This document shows positions 37,505 through 46,201 of a DNA stretch of 64,000 bases, piece after piece; position 1 is the stretch's first letter; each line of letters starts with the position of its first letter. The stretch lies in the IMG/VR virus record IMGVR_UViG_3300017991_000003, positions 96,001 through 160,000 of that record; one strand, written 5' to 3'. The notes beneath the pieces are model-generated. The model was not told where the DNA came from, ran no database searches, and worked only from the letters and a program-made list of their open reading frames with translations. The stretch is from a virus. The translations under genes were made by a program, and so were the position numbers.

Positions 37505-38125
37505 TCAGAAGTCGGGACGCAGCGTGTCTGCCGCGATCAACGTCAACTCCGGAGCGGACGGAGCTCCGGTCACGACAGCCTGGGGATCCATCTGCGCCAC
37601 GGAGTGCAGCTCGTGCGTCTCCATGAGTCTAAGTAGCGCAAAGAATCCGTAGGCGCGCAGCTCGTCCTCTTCTGAGTCGGAGCGCGGCGCGTGCCTGATG
37701 AGGGCCCCCGGGACGAGGTCTGCGTCGGACAGCACCACCCAGTGATCTGTCCAGACAATCGGCTCCAGTTGAGGAACCAGCTGCGAAGCCACCAGGTCGG
37801 CTAGCCCTTCACTCAGCGGGAAGGGACGCTGAGGAGCGCACAGGTGCGTAAGCTCATGTGCGATCACGAAGCGCTGCCGGTACGGCGGCTGATCAAGCCA
37901 GTTCGGATGGAGCACGAGGTAGACCTCGTCCGCGGCATGGGCCACCAGAGCAAGCCTGTCGATCTCACTCGACACGCACACCTGGGGGACCACACCTCGG
38001 TCATGCCCGATCATCTGCACCACCTGTGGACGCAGTTCATCGAGCAGACCCTCAGCACGCTCGACGGCTGGGTGAGCGCTGGCGCAGGCAGCCAGCGGCA
38101 GGCAGGAGATGATCAAGGACTTCAC
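37505..38125 (-). CDS. putative lipoprotein with HExxH motif (possible secreted zinc metallopeptidase-like)
   Basis: GTG start in GTGA overlap; signal peptide MKSLIISCLPLAAC (lipobox LAAC); FVIAHELTHL. Confidence 0.5.
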   Translation of the reverse strand: MKSLIISCLPLAACASAHPAVERAEGLLDELRPQVVQMIGHDRGVVPQVCVSSEIDRLALVAHAADEVYLVLHPNWLDQPPYRQRFVIAHELTHLCAPQRPFPLSEGLADLVASQLVPQLEPIVWTDHWVVLSDADLVPGALIRHAPRSDSEEDELRAYGFFALLRLMETHELHSVAQMDPQAVVTGAPSAPELTLIAADTLRPDF

Positions 38126-39024
38126 GGGATCGGAACCCCCTGCTTCTCGATGGTCAGCGGGGTCACGAACCGCTCGCCCTGCGCGTACTGCATCAGGTCG
38201 AAGCGGATGCTCTCGAGCAGTCCCTCGCTGCCGAGGGGTAGGAGGCCGGCGTCGATGACGACCTCGCTGCCCCACAGCGCGGAGCCGGCCCGGGTCTTGG
38301 ACCAGGCCAGGGCGTGCTGGCTGCCGTCTTGGTAGCCGAGGCTACCGCTGGCGACCATGTCGGAGCTGTCGTTCAGCGCCCGGATCAGGAGCTTGCCCTG
38401 CCCGTGGTCGACGTAGGCGGTGACGGTGTAGGCCCAGAGAACGTCGTCGATCAGCTGGTTGATGGCCCAGTCCTCGCCGCCTGTGAGGTACCAGGCCTGC
38501 ACGATGGCGTGGGCCTCGACCTCGCTGGCGGCGGTCACCAGGAACTCACCGTAGGCGTCCATGTCGTCCTGGTGGTCGTAGGCGTCCACGGACGTCAAGG
38601 AGACCAGGAACTGCTGGAGCTCGTGGGGCTTGCTGAGATCGATGATCACCTGGTTGCCGCCGAGGGGACCGGACGTGGGTCGGCCGACGAGCTCGAGCTG
38701 CTGGGTCGCGTCGGCCAAGGTGCCTGAGAAGGTGGTGACCACGGAGCCCTCCGGAAGGAGGACCGCCGTACCGGGGGCGTACACCCCGGCGTAGCGGGCG
38801 CCGGACTTGGTGATGACCTCGACCCGGAGGTTGGTCGGGATGTCGGCCGGCACGTCACCTTGGAGGGTGCCGTCACCCTTCTTCTCCAGGCTGGCTTCCC
38901 AGCCCGAGAGCTGGACGGTGATGCCGTCACCCTCTTCGAGGTCGAGGACTTCCTCAGTCGCCGTACAGGCGACGAAGCTGAACATCAGCAGGATGAGGAG
39001 GATGAACGTGTGTTGGATGCGCAT
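38122..39024 (-). CDS. putative lipoprotein (300 aa)
   Basis: internal ATG 39024 with AGGAGA 5 nt upstream; signal peptide MRIQHTFILLILLMFSFVAC (lipobox FVAC). Confidence 0.55.
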   Translation of the reverse strand: MRIQHTFILLILLMFSFVACTATEEVLDLEEGDGITVQLSGWEASLEKKGDGTLQGDVPADIPTNLRVEVITKSGARYAGVYAPGTAVLLPEGSVVTTFSGTLADATQQLELVGRPTSGPLGGNQVIIDLSKPHELQQFLVSLTSVDAYDHQDDMDAYGEFLVTAASEVEAHAIVQAWYLTGGEDWAINQLIDDVLWAYTVTAYVDHGQGKLLIRALNDSSDMVASGSLGYQDGSQHALAWSKTRAGSALWGSEVVIDAGLLPLGSEGLLESIRFDLMQYAQGERFVTPLTIEKQGVPIP

Positions 39025-39109
39025 GGCGTCTCCTGTTGGGTTGGGTGGGAACAGTGGAGGCTCGAAGCCTCGGGGTATCAGTAGACTCGTGACACAAACC
39101 CGATAAGGT

Positions 39110-39541
39110 TTACAGCGAATCCAGGGCATCTAGGGCGTCTGTGAGGCCCTCAGCAGCCTCTTGAGCAGCGTCCGCCTTGGCGCTCTTCTTCCGCTTCTTC
39201 CCCTTCTTCTTGTGATGCAGGGCGGCCAGGCGAGCCCCCTGCTCCCGCTGAGCGTCCGTCACGGACTCCTCGCATAGGGTCTTGTACTCCGCCTCGGTGG
39301 GGATGACGCCCTCGGGTCGCGTCTTGGTGTCCGCGTAGGGGCGGTGGGCCCAGAAGAAGCAGACGTGGTCCGGGCAGTTCTTGATGGCGTCCCGGTAGCC
39401 CTCGTTGCCGACACAGGCTCGGCAGTTGAGGTCGACAGCGGATCGGAGGCTGCTACCGTGATCAGCTTTGACGGCGACGGTGGGGCGGGCGAGGCGGACG
39501 TCGTTCTCGACGCAATCGATGATGTCAGGCTTGGTGGTCAT
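39110..39541 (-). CDS. hypothetical protein with Cys pairs and K-rich C-terminus (143 aa)
   Basis: ATG 39541; palindromic element lies immediately 5' of the start. Confidence 0.45.
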   Translation of the reverse strand: MTTKPDIIDCVENDVRLARPTVAVKADHGSSLRSAVDLNCRACVGNEGYRDAIKNCPDHVCFFWAHRPYADTKTRPEGVIPTEAEYKTLCEESVTDAQREQGARLAALHHKKKGKKRKKSAKADAAQEAAEGLTDALDALDSL

Positions 39542-39543
39542 GT

Positions 39544-39566
39544 GTGGCACTGGCTAGGAGTGTCAG
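39544..39566. repeat. palindromic element copy 4 (gTGGCACT-GGCTAGG-AGTGTCAG)
   Basis: divergent region; immediately 5' of ATG 39541 (minus) and just upstream of a TTGACA hexamer preceding the GroES-like gene. Confidence 0.75.
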
Positions 39567-39625
39567 GGTGGGAAAACTGTCTCCATATCTTGACAGAGGG
39601 GCGCCGGCTAGGCACGATCCCTGGC

Positions 39626-40141
39626 ATGGAAACGACAACGACAGAGGCCCGCCCTGAGCTACAGCTTCGGCCGTTGGCCGGGCGGGTGATGATTCGAGTG
39701 GACGAGGCCCCCACGATGAGCGCAGGTACGCGAGGCCGTCAGGTCTATCTACCCGAGAGCGTCCAGAAGGAGGAGAAGGCGAACTACCGGTTCGGTACGG
39801 TCGTGGCCCTAGGGGACCCCGCGCTGCATCCGAAGACCGGCAGGCCGATCCCGTGGGCTGTGCATGTAGGCACCAAGGTCTGCTTCCAGTTCGGGGCTGA
39901 CCTTACAGGTGAGCGAGAGCTCCAGTACACAGGAGGCGTGGCCCATGCGGTGTGCTTTGCTGAGGATCTGATTTACGCCATCGAGGATGATTATGAGATT
40001 CAGCCGACTCCCGTATGCCCCAACAGCGTAGGGGTTGCGCTACGCCGCGCTCTGATGAACGACGACTGGCTGACCGAGGAGCAGGTTGACACCCTGAGCC
40101 GGCGGCTCGCGTGCACGATTGCCGGGGTTGTGCCCGCGTGA
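39626..40141 (+). CDS. GroES/Cpn10-like protein with C-terminal extension
   Basis: LRPLAGRVMIRVDE...SAG...GTVVALGD...VHVGTKVCF pattern resembles co-chaperonin GroES; internal ATG 39626. Confidence 0.45.
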   Translation: METTTTEARPELQLRPLAGRVMIRVDEAPTMSAGTRGRQVYLPESVQKEEKANYRFGTVVALGDPALHPKTGRPIPWAVHVGTKVCFQFGADLTGERELQYTGGVAHAVCFAEDLIYAIEDDYEIQPTPVCPNSVGVALRRALMNDDWLTEEQVDTLSRRLACTIAGVVPA

Positions 40142-40776
40142 GAATCGGCCGCACTTCCGATCTAGCGCCCTGGCCGCTCTTCATCGGCTTCTACACCCCG
40201 GAGTACGAGGAAGAGGCCGGGGAGCTTCGTAAGACCCTGGACGCGTTCGGGCTGCCACACGAGATCGAACCCGTCGAGTCCACGGGTAGCTGGTGGCTCA
40301 ACACGCAGATCAAGGCTCAGATCATTTTGCTCAAGCTACGGGATCACCTGGGTCGACCGCTGGTCTACCTGGACTGCGATGCCCGAGTCAGGCAGGCTCC
40401 TACCTTGTTCCGCTCCCTGCATCACCAGTGCGACTTCGCGGCTCACTTCCGACCGGATCGACGATTCGAATGCGGTCGAGAGCTTTTGAGCGGGACGCTG
40501 TACTTCAGCGGCTCGCCGGCTTGCCAGGGCCTGGTACAGGCTTGGATCGATGAGAATGAGCGCCAGGCTGCGATCAAGAGTAGCAACAAGCTCCGCCTCA
40601 TGGATCAGAGAACCTTGCAGACGGTCCTGGCTAAGGAGATCGAGGAGTACGGTCTTATGTTCACCGAGCTCCCTGCTACCTACGTTCAGATCTTCGACAT
40701 CATGCGCGACGCCGGCGACCCGGTGATCGAGCATCTCCAGGCCAGCCGCCGATTGAGGAACAAGGTTGGTCACTAG
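40138..40776 (+). CDS. hypothetical protein, possible glycosyltransferase-like
   Basis: GTG start in GTGA overlap; YLDCDARV acidic motif; assignment weak. Confidence 0.4.
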   Translation: MRIGRTSDLAPWPLFIGFYTPEYEEEAGELRKTLDAFGLPHEIEPVESTGSWWLNTQIKAQIILLKLRDHLGRPLVYLDCDARVRQAPTLFRSLHHQCDFAAHFRPDRRFECGRELLSGTLYFSGSPACQGLVQAWIDENERQAAIKSSNKLRLMDQRTLQTVLAKEIEEYGLMFTELPATYVQIFDIMRDAGDPVIEHLQASRRLRNKVGH

Positions 40777-40788
40777 ACTCATGACTCA

Positions 40789-41547
40789 ATGAAGCGACTG
40801 ATCTACCAGGTCTGCGTTGGCCCGCCTGACCCGCTCTACGACAAGTGCACGCGCACTGTTGCGGCCTACTGCAAGCGCCTCGGCATCGCGTACATCAAGC
40901 AGACCGAGCCGGTCCTGAAGATCCGCCCGAACCCCGCTACGAGCGGGAGAAGCCAGAACGCTGTTGAACGACTAGGGTACCTGCCGATCTTCGAGAAGGA
41001 GAACGCACTCGCCCACCTTGGTGAGTTCGATCAGGTGGCCATTATCGACTCCGATATCTGGATCAGGGAGGAGGCACCCAACATCTTCGAGGAGCTCGAG
41101 GAGGGTGTTGACTTCATGGGGGTGGTCGAGCGAACCGCACCCATCACGCCGCAGTATGATCGGAAGCTCAAGAGCTACGCGCGCGGCCAGTACGGTCGTC
41201 CGGACTTCCCCTTCATGAACATGGGGCTCATGCTCATGAACAAGAGCCTGCGCCGCTTCTGCCCCGAGCCTCCTCGGGAGTTTCTGGCGCGTCCGGAGTT
41301 CCAGGCCTTCGTGGATGGGCGGGGGGCCTACAAGTGGAGCACGGACCAGACCCTGCTCAACACCTGGTTGACCAGCGATCCCGACATGGTCGTGAAGCCT
41401 CTCGACTGGCGGTGGAACGCCCTGTACGGGGCGCTGGTGCCCGGGTCGATAGAACAGGCCCACTTCGTTCACTTCTTCCTCAAGAACCACCTGGATAGCC
41501 AGGATCCCGACAAGCTCCTTCAGACACAAGGCCGCAAACGCGTTTAG
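40789..41547 (+). CDS. putative glycosyltransferase (nucleotide-diphospho-sugar transferase, DxD type)
   Basis: AIIDSDIW DxD-like motif; ATG 40789. Confidence 0.45.
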   Translation: MKRLIYQVCVGPPDPLYDKCTRTVAAYCKRLGIAYIKQTEPVLKIRPNPATSGRSQNAVERLGYLPIFEKENALAHLGEFDQVAIIDSDIWIREEAPNIFEELEEGVDFMGVVERTAPITPQYDRKLKSYARGQYGRPDFPFMNMGLMLMNKSLRRFCPEPPREFLARPEFQAFVDGRGAYKWSTDQTLLNTWLTSDPDMVVKPLDWRWNALYGALVPGSIEQAHFVHFFLKNHLDSQDPDKLLQTQGRKRV

Positions 41548-41551
41548 CCCC

Positions 41552-42229
41552 ATGAGCAAAGTACCACCCCTATTCATTCACGTACCGAAGACCGGTGGCA
41601 TGTCCGTGCACCATGGACTAGGCCGCCTGATCCGAGAGACGCTGTCTCGAGACAAGCTGAAGTCTCTGGACTACGCGGCGACGATCGAGCAGCACATGCG
41701 CTCCAAGGGTGAGCCTACTCCGGGGTACCGTCATGCCCGGTGGCGTGACGTCAAGCCGGGGTGGCGGGATAAGGGCCGCTGTTTCACGGTGCTGCGCAAT
41801 CCGTGGTCCCGTGTGGTCAGTCGCTACCGGTTCGGACTCAATACCTGGGCGACGCGTCCCTACAACTACACGAACTTCGAGGAGTTTCTTGCGGAGCATG
41901 AGGAGTGGGGCCAAGAGCCGTACTACTGGCACCGCGCCGTGCGGGGCTGGTACCCTGCGGTGGATCACGTGACGGACGGCCAGGGCAACCTCAAGTGCGA
42001 TGTTCTGCGTACGGAGCACCTGGACGATGACATCTGGGCCTACTTCGGGAAGCGGCTACCTCCGCGCCGACGCAACGTCACGCGCGGCGATGCCGTGGAC
42101 TACAAGACCTTCTACGACGATCGAACCATCCAGCTGGTGGCAGACTGGTATGCCGAGGACATTGAGATGTTCGGCTTTGACTTCGACACGCCGGCGACGA
42201 AGAACCTGTGGGAGGGCCTAGGAGCATGA
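41552..42229 (+). CDS. sulfotransferase family protein
   Basis: FIHVPKTGGMSV (HIPKTGG-type PAPS 5'-phosphosulfate binding motif) and RNPWSRVVSRYRF. Confidence 0.6.
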   Translation: MSKVPPLFIHVPKTGGMSVHHGLGRLIRETLSRDKLKSLDYAATIEQHMRSKGEPTPGYRHARWRDVKPGWRDKGRCFTVLRNPWSRVVSRYRFGLNTWATRPYNYTNFEEFLAEHEEWGQEPYYWHRAVRGWYPAVDHVTDGQGNLKCDVLRTEHLDDDIWAYFGKRLPPRRRNVTRGDAVDYKTFYDDRTIQLVADWYAEDIEMFGFDFDTPATKNLWEGLGA

Positions 42230-42783
42230 TGGTTGGCAAGAACCAGGGCAGTCTCCTGGTTGTGCAGCAGATCCCAGAGAACAGCGTGGGTGCCGAGCTC
42301 GGCGTCTGGCGCGGGGACACATCAGCCCGCTTCCTAGCTAGCGGTAAGATCAAGCACTTGCACCTGGTGGATGCTTGGAGTCCCGACCCTTACTACGGCA
42401 TCGAAGGCTACCGAGAGAAGTACGCCAAGCTGGTCGGATCGGGTGATCTCGACGCCTTTCGCGCCTACTACGACGCGGTCCTAGCCGGTGTCCGCAGGCG
42501 GTTTCAAGGCCAGCCCGTTACGATCCACCAAACCACTGTGCACGAGTTTCTGACTGAGCCCCCGGAGGATCTCGACTGGGTCTACGTGGACGCGAGTCAC
42601 GAGTACCTCGACGTCCTTGATGATCTCGAGCGCTGTGCCCGTCACGTGGATCTGATCTTTGGGGATGACTACGGCAACAAGCCAGGGGTGGTTCGCGCTG
42701 TCGACGAGTTTGATCGGACGCACCCCGAGTGGCACCTCCAGGTCCTGGGCAAGAACCAGTACCGCCTCGATAGGAAGGTCTGA
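42226..42783 (+). CDS. class I SAM-dependent methyltransferase (TylF/O-methyltransferase-like)
   Basis: ELGVWRGDTS and VYVDASHEY; ATG 42226 in ATGA overlap. Confidence 0.5.
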   Translation: MMVGKNQGSLLVVQQIPENSVGAELGVWRGDTSARFLASGKIKHLHLVDAWSPDPYYGIEGYREKYAKLVGSGDLDAFRAYYDAVLAGVRRRFQGQPVTIHQTTVHEFLTEPPEDLDWVYVDASHEYLDVLDDLERCARHVDLIFGDDYGNKPGVVRAVDEFDRTHPEWHLQVLGKNQYRLDRKV

Positions 42784-43289
42784 TGCACCCATCAAGCAAG
42801 GCCAATATGAGGGAGGCCTGGGCACTCGTTCCCGACCCCCACCGCGTCGGGGACGTCCTTGATGTAGGCGGCGGTCGTGGCGGGGAATACCAGGAAATCT
42901 GGAAAGGGTGTGCTAGCTACCGAACGGCTGACATTGCAGGTGACTGCGACCTCTTGATGCCTGGTGAGTACGAGATTCCACTTCCGGATGATTCGATCGA
43001 TGTGGTGATTAGCGGCCAGACACTGGAGCATGTCCGCAACCCTTTCCGCCTCGTCACCGAGATGCGCCGGGTACTGAAGCCCGGTGGCTACGTGGTGATC
43101 ATCGCCCCGTCCGCGGGCCCGGCCCATTTCAAGATCGACTGCTGGCGCTTCGTCCGGGATGCGTTCCGGGCCATCGCCCACGAGTGCGATCTAGAGGTTG
43201 TTGCCGATTGGATCTATACCGGGGACTCTGGCCGAGGTCCTAACAAGCAGTGGAACGATCACACCTTCGTGGGGAGGAAGCCCGAGTGA
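42783..43289 (+). CDS. class I SAM-dependent methyltransferase
   Basis: VLDVGGGRGG (motif I), VISGQTLEHV, LKPGGYVVI. Confidence 0.6.
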   Translation: MHPSSKANMREAWALVPDPHRVGDVLDVGGGRGGEYQEIWKGCASYRTADIAGDCDLLMPGEYEIPLPDDSIDVVISGQTLEHVRNPFRLVTEMRRVLKPGGYVVIIAPSAGPAHFKIDCWRFVRDAFRAIAHECDLEVVADWIYTGDSGRGPNKQWNDHTFVGRKPE

Positions 43290-43987
43290 ATGCGTATGCC
43301 ATCACGCTCTTCGGTAACGAGACCAGCACCCAGAGCGTTGACAAGCTCTTTGAGTCCCATGTGGCGCTTGAGCAGCATTTCGATCTGATCCGCTTCCCGG
43401 CCATCACTCCTGACCAGAACCAGGAGATCATGGCGGAGGAGCGCCTGGTGTGGACCTATCCCTGGGAAAACAACCGGCTGGATGGGATCACTGGCTTGAA
43501 GCTGCATCCCTACGCCACACGTGATCGGGGTGCGCGGATCGCCTGCTTCCTATCGCACTACCACCTCTGGAAGCTGGCCTGCGAGACTGGGGAGTGGGTG
43601 ATGATCCTGGAGGACGACACGGTATTCACCAAGCACCTAGACCTAGACAGCCTGCCTTACCGTGAGTGGAGCGCCGTCGGCATCAACAACCCACTAGGGG
43701 CGACGCGTCGAGCGCCTGTGTTCCACGACAAGGTCGTGGCGCAGCGTCCGACTCCGATCATCGAGACCCCGTGGGTTGATGATGAAGTCAGGACCCCGCA
43801 GGGGCTGGCCGGCCACAGTGCCTACATGATCAGCCCTGAGCTGGCTAAGGACCTGATCCATCGAGCCCGTCATGCGGGTTGCTGGCCTAACGACGCATTG
43901 ATGTGCAAGCAGCTGTACCCTGGGAAGCTCGGGGTCACAACCGAGTTCTACACCCGAGTCCAGCAGACCCCGAGTACTCTGGCATGA
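43286..43987 (+). CDS. glycosyltransferase family 25-like
   Basis: GTG start (GTGA overlap); ACFLSHYHLWK and ILEDDTVF motifs. Confidence 0.5.
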   Translation: MNAYAITLFGNETSTQSVDKLFESHVALEQHFDLIRFPAITPDQNQEIMAEERLVWTYPWENNRLDGITGLKLHPYATRDRGARIACFLSHYHLWKLACETGEWVMILEDDTVFTKHLDLDSLPYREWSAVGINNPLGATRRAPVFHDKVVAQRPTPIIETPWVDDEVRTPQGLAGHSAYMISPELAKDLIHRARHAGCWPNDALMCKQLYPGKLGVTTEFYTRVQQTPSTLA

Positions 43988-44646
43988 AGGCGCGCGTCAT
44001 CACCCTGATCCACAACAAGCGATCTGTTCAGGTAGCGAATCGGTGCATTGAGAGCGCTGCAAGGTTCGGCGTTGAGGTTGATATCTTCCCGGCCATCAGG
44101 GCGGCGGATAACCCCAAGGCCCTGATGTTCGAGCGGAAGTTCTCGATGAAGGGGTTTGAGGACAATGAGTACTCGCGTCTTGAGCCGTGCCTGGCTACGT
44201 TCCTCTCCCACTCTCGCCTATGGGAGCTTGCGGTGCTGCTAAAGGAGGCAGTCCTGATCCTCGAGCACGACGCTGTGTTCCAGGCTCCGCTCCCGGAGAT
44301 GATCGAGGAGCGGGTGAAGATGCTCTGCAATCTGGGCAAACCGAGCTTCGGCTCCTTCAAGACCCCGAAAGAGGGGCTAGGCCCGTTCGTGTCCAAGCCC
44401 GGCGGCTATCTAGGCGGCGCCCACGCGTACCTGGTCCAGCCTGAGGCCGCTGAGGTGATGTTGGAGAAGGCCAAGACAGAGGCGGAGCCGGCCGATGTGT
44501 TCATCCAGAAGAAGCGCTTCCCCTGGATGACTGAGTACTACCCGTGGCCGGTGATCTGCGATGACTCCTTCTCCACCATCCAGAAGCCCGCAGGTTGCAC
44601 GGCCAAGCACAACAAGGTCGAGATCATCGATCAGGATGAATCGTGA
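43984..44646 (+). CDS. glycosyltransferase family 25-like (paralogue of previous)
   Basis: ATG 43984 in ATGA overlap; ATFLSHSRLWE and ILEHDAVF. Confidence 0.5.
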   Translation: MKARVITLIHNKRSVQVANRCIESAARFGVEVDIFPAIRAADNPKALMFERKFSMKGFEDNEYSRLEPCLATFLSHSRLWELAVLLKEAVLILEHDAVFQAPLPEMIEERVKMLCNLGKPSFGSFKTPKEGLGPFVSKPGGYLGGAHAYLVQPEAAEVMLEKAKTEAEPADVFIQKKRFPWMTEYYPWPVICDDSFSTIQKPAGCTAKHNKVEIIDQDES

Positions 44647-44879
44647 GGCTGCTAAGTCGCGCCTACTGGGCGGAGGTCGTCGAGTGCGACTACTGCCCTA
44701 ATCCTGAAGAACCGCCCGCGCTTGTTTGTGGTGTCTGCGGCGATACGGGGAAAGCCCCGCGATGGCGTCGGGCTTGGCGCGATGTCTTCCGGTGTAGTGC
44801 TCTGGTGGGCCATCCTGATAGGAGCCCTGCTTGTGGGGGCGTTGGCTCAGTAAAAACAACGCGTTGTTTTGTCGGGTAG
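44643..44879 (+). CDS. questionable Cys-rich small ORF
   Basis: ORF track; reads through an AT-rich palindrome; may be non-coding. Confidence 0.2.
   Translation: MRLLSRAYWAEVVECDYCPNPEEPPALVCGVCGDTGKAPRWRRAWRDVFRCSALVGHPDRSPACGGVGSVKTTRCFVG
44853..44870. repeat. AT-rich perfect palindrome AAAACAACGCGTTGTTTT
   Basis: stands out in GC-rich context; convergent junction between the glycan island and the HTH operon. Confidence 0.7.
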
Positions 44880-44885
44880 GTAGCT

Positions 44886-44901
44886 AAAACAACGTGTTGT
44901 T
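44886..44901. repeat. AT-rich near-palindrome AAAACAACGTGTTGTT
   Basis: second copy 33 bp from the first. Confidence 0.65.
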
Positions 44902-44939
44902 AGGCACCCCAGCGCCCGAGGGCGCCGGGGGCCTGGTTC

Positions 44940-45197
44940 TCAGGGGCGGAGCCGCAGCCCCCGAGAGGTGACCAGCACCTTACGGTGCGGGACCTTGGGG
45001 AGCTTCGGCAGGGGCGGGAGGTCGACGTCGGTGTCGACGACCGCCTCCACCAGGGACTCGCCGTCCGCCCCGCTGATGTGGAGGCGGCGGTGCTCGCTGT
45101 TCTCGGTCACGTGGACCGAGCCCAGCGGGGTTTTGACCTTGGCGATGGTTCGCTCGGGGGCGATCCACGCCAAGATCTCGTCGAAGAACCCCATCAC
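44940..45197 (-). CDS. hypothetical protein (85 aa)
   Basis: ORF track; last gene of a 5-gene overlapping operon. Confidence 0.4.
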   Translation of the reverse strand: MMGFFDEILAWIAPERTIAKVKTPLGSVHVTENSEHRRLHISGADGESLVEAVVDTDVDLPPLPKLPKVPHRKVLVTSRGLRLRP

Positions 45198-45376
45198 TTG
45201 CAGAGCAGCGGGTTCTTCCCCCGCTGCTTGATGCGGCGCACCCTCGCGCGGAGGGTGTGCTCGATGGAGAGGGGCTGCCCGCGGAGGCGGGAGGTGACGG
45301 CGATGTCTAGGCCGCGCATGGGGGAGATCTTCCCCCGGCGGACCTTGAGCATCACCTGGCGACTGAGATTGCTCAT
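45194..45376 (-). CDS. hypothetical basic protein (60 aa)
   Basis: ORF track; overlapping start/stop. Confidence 0.4.
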   Translation of the reverse strand: MSNLSRQVMLKVRRGKISPMRGLDIAVTSRLRGQPLSIEHTLRARVRRIKQRGKNPLLCK

Positions 45377-45573
45377 GTGGTCAGGTGGTCGGCGAAGGCC
45401 CAGGTGACGGCCTCCGCGAAGTTGGGGGTGAGGGTGGCGTAGCCCGTCTCTACGTGGGAGACGTGGGACTGACTGAACCCGATACGCGCAGCGAACTGCG
45501 CTTGGGACAGGCCCAGCCCCTTCCTGATCCAGCGGACCAGGCGGGGGCTGAGCTCGACGGTGGTGGCGATCAC
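45373..45573 (-). CDS. XRE-family helix-turn-helix transcriptional regulator
   Basis: LGLSQAQFAARIGFSQSHVSHVETG HTH pattern. Confidence 0.6.
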   Translation of the reverse strand: MIATTVELSPRLVRWIRKGLGLSQAQFAARIGFSQSHVSHVETGYATLTPNFAEAVTWAFADHLTT

Positions 45574-45857
45574 GACGCCTCCTCCGCGTCCGCCCAGGCT
45601 CGGGCGATCTGACGCATGGGAGCCCTCTGGGAGAGGGGCCGGACGGTCACGAGAGTGATGAGACGCTTGTGGCCGATCGTGATGAGCGGCTGCTCGTAGC
45701 CGCCCCGCGAGGCGGCCTCACGCACCTTCTTTTTGAAGGTGGTGAGCTGCGGGCTGTGAGCAGGCAGGCCGATCAGGGATTGACCTACTTCCTCGAACAC
45801 CTCGCAGATGACCTCGGGCATGAGGGGCCGCAGCGGTTCTCGCATGGGGTTCTTCAT
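45570..45857 (-). CDS. hypothetical protein (95 aa)
   Basis: C-terminal protein-like part of a longer R-rich ORF; internal ATG 45857 in ATGA overlap. Confidence 0.4.
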   Translation of the reverse strand: MKNPMREPLRPLMPEVICEVFEEVGQSLIGLPAHSPQLTTFKKKVREAASRGGYEQPLITIGHKRLITLVTVRPLSQRAPMRQIARAWADAEEAS

Positions 45858-46198
45858 CGGATCTCGAACCCCAGCTTTTCGGCGAGTTCGACCGTGGCGG
45901 TGCGGCTCGTGTGGTGGCGGGAGAACGCCACCTCGCCGGTGGCGAGGTCCACGTACCAGCGGTTGCCGCCGCCAATGCCGTAGATCGTCACGTGACCGGA
46001 CTGGCCACGCATACGCAGGGCGTGGCCCCACGTGTATTGAGAGGACTCGGGGTCCTCGATGGAGTCCATCTGGCTCAGGAGCCAGGCGACCCCGTTTGCG
46101 TCGCGGCGCTCCTCGTCGTAGGTCGACGAGAAGCCCTCGACTTCTGCCATGTCGATGAGCGTCTCGGCGCTCATGATACGACCGGTCAGGGTGGTCAT
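45854..46198 (-). CDS. hypothetical protein (114 aa), first gene of operon
   Basis: ORF track; ATG 46198 directly abutting the conserved 42-bp leader cassette. Confidence 0.5.
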   Translation of the reverse strand: MTTLTGRIMSAETLIDMAEVEGFSSTYDEERRDANGVAWLLSQMDSIEDPESSQYTWGHALRMRGQSGHVTIYGIGGGNRWYVDLATGEVAFSRHHTSRTATVELAEKLGFEIR

Positions 46199-46201
46199 GG
46201 T

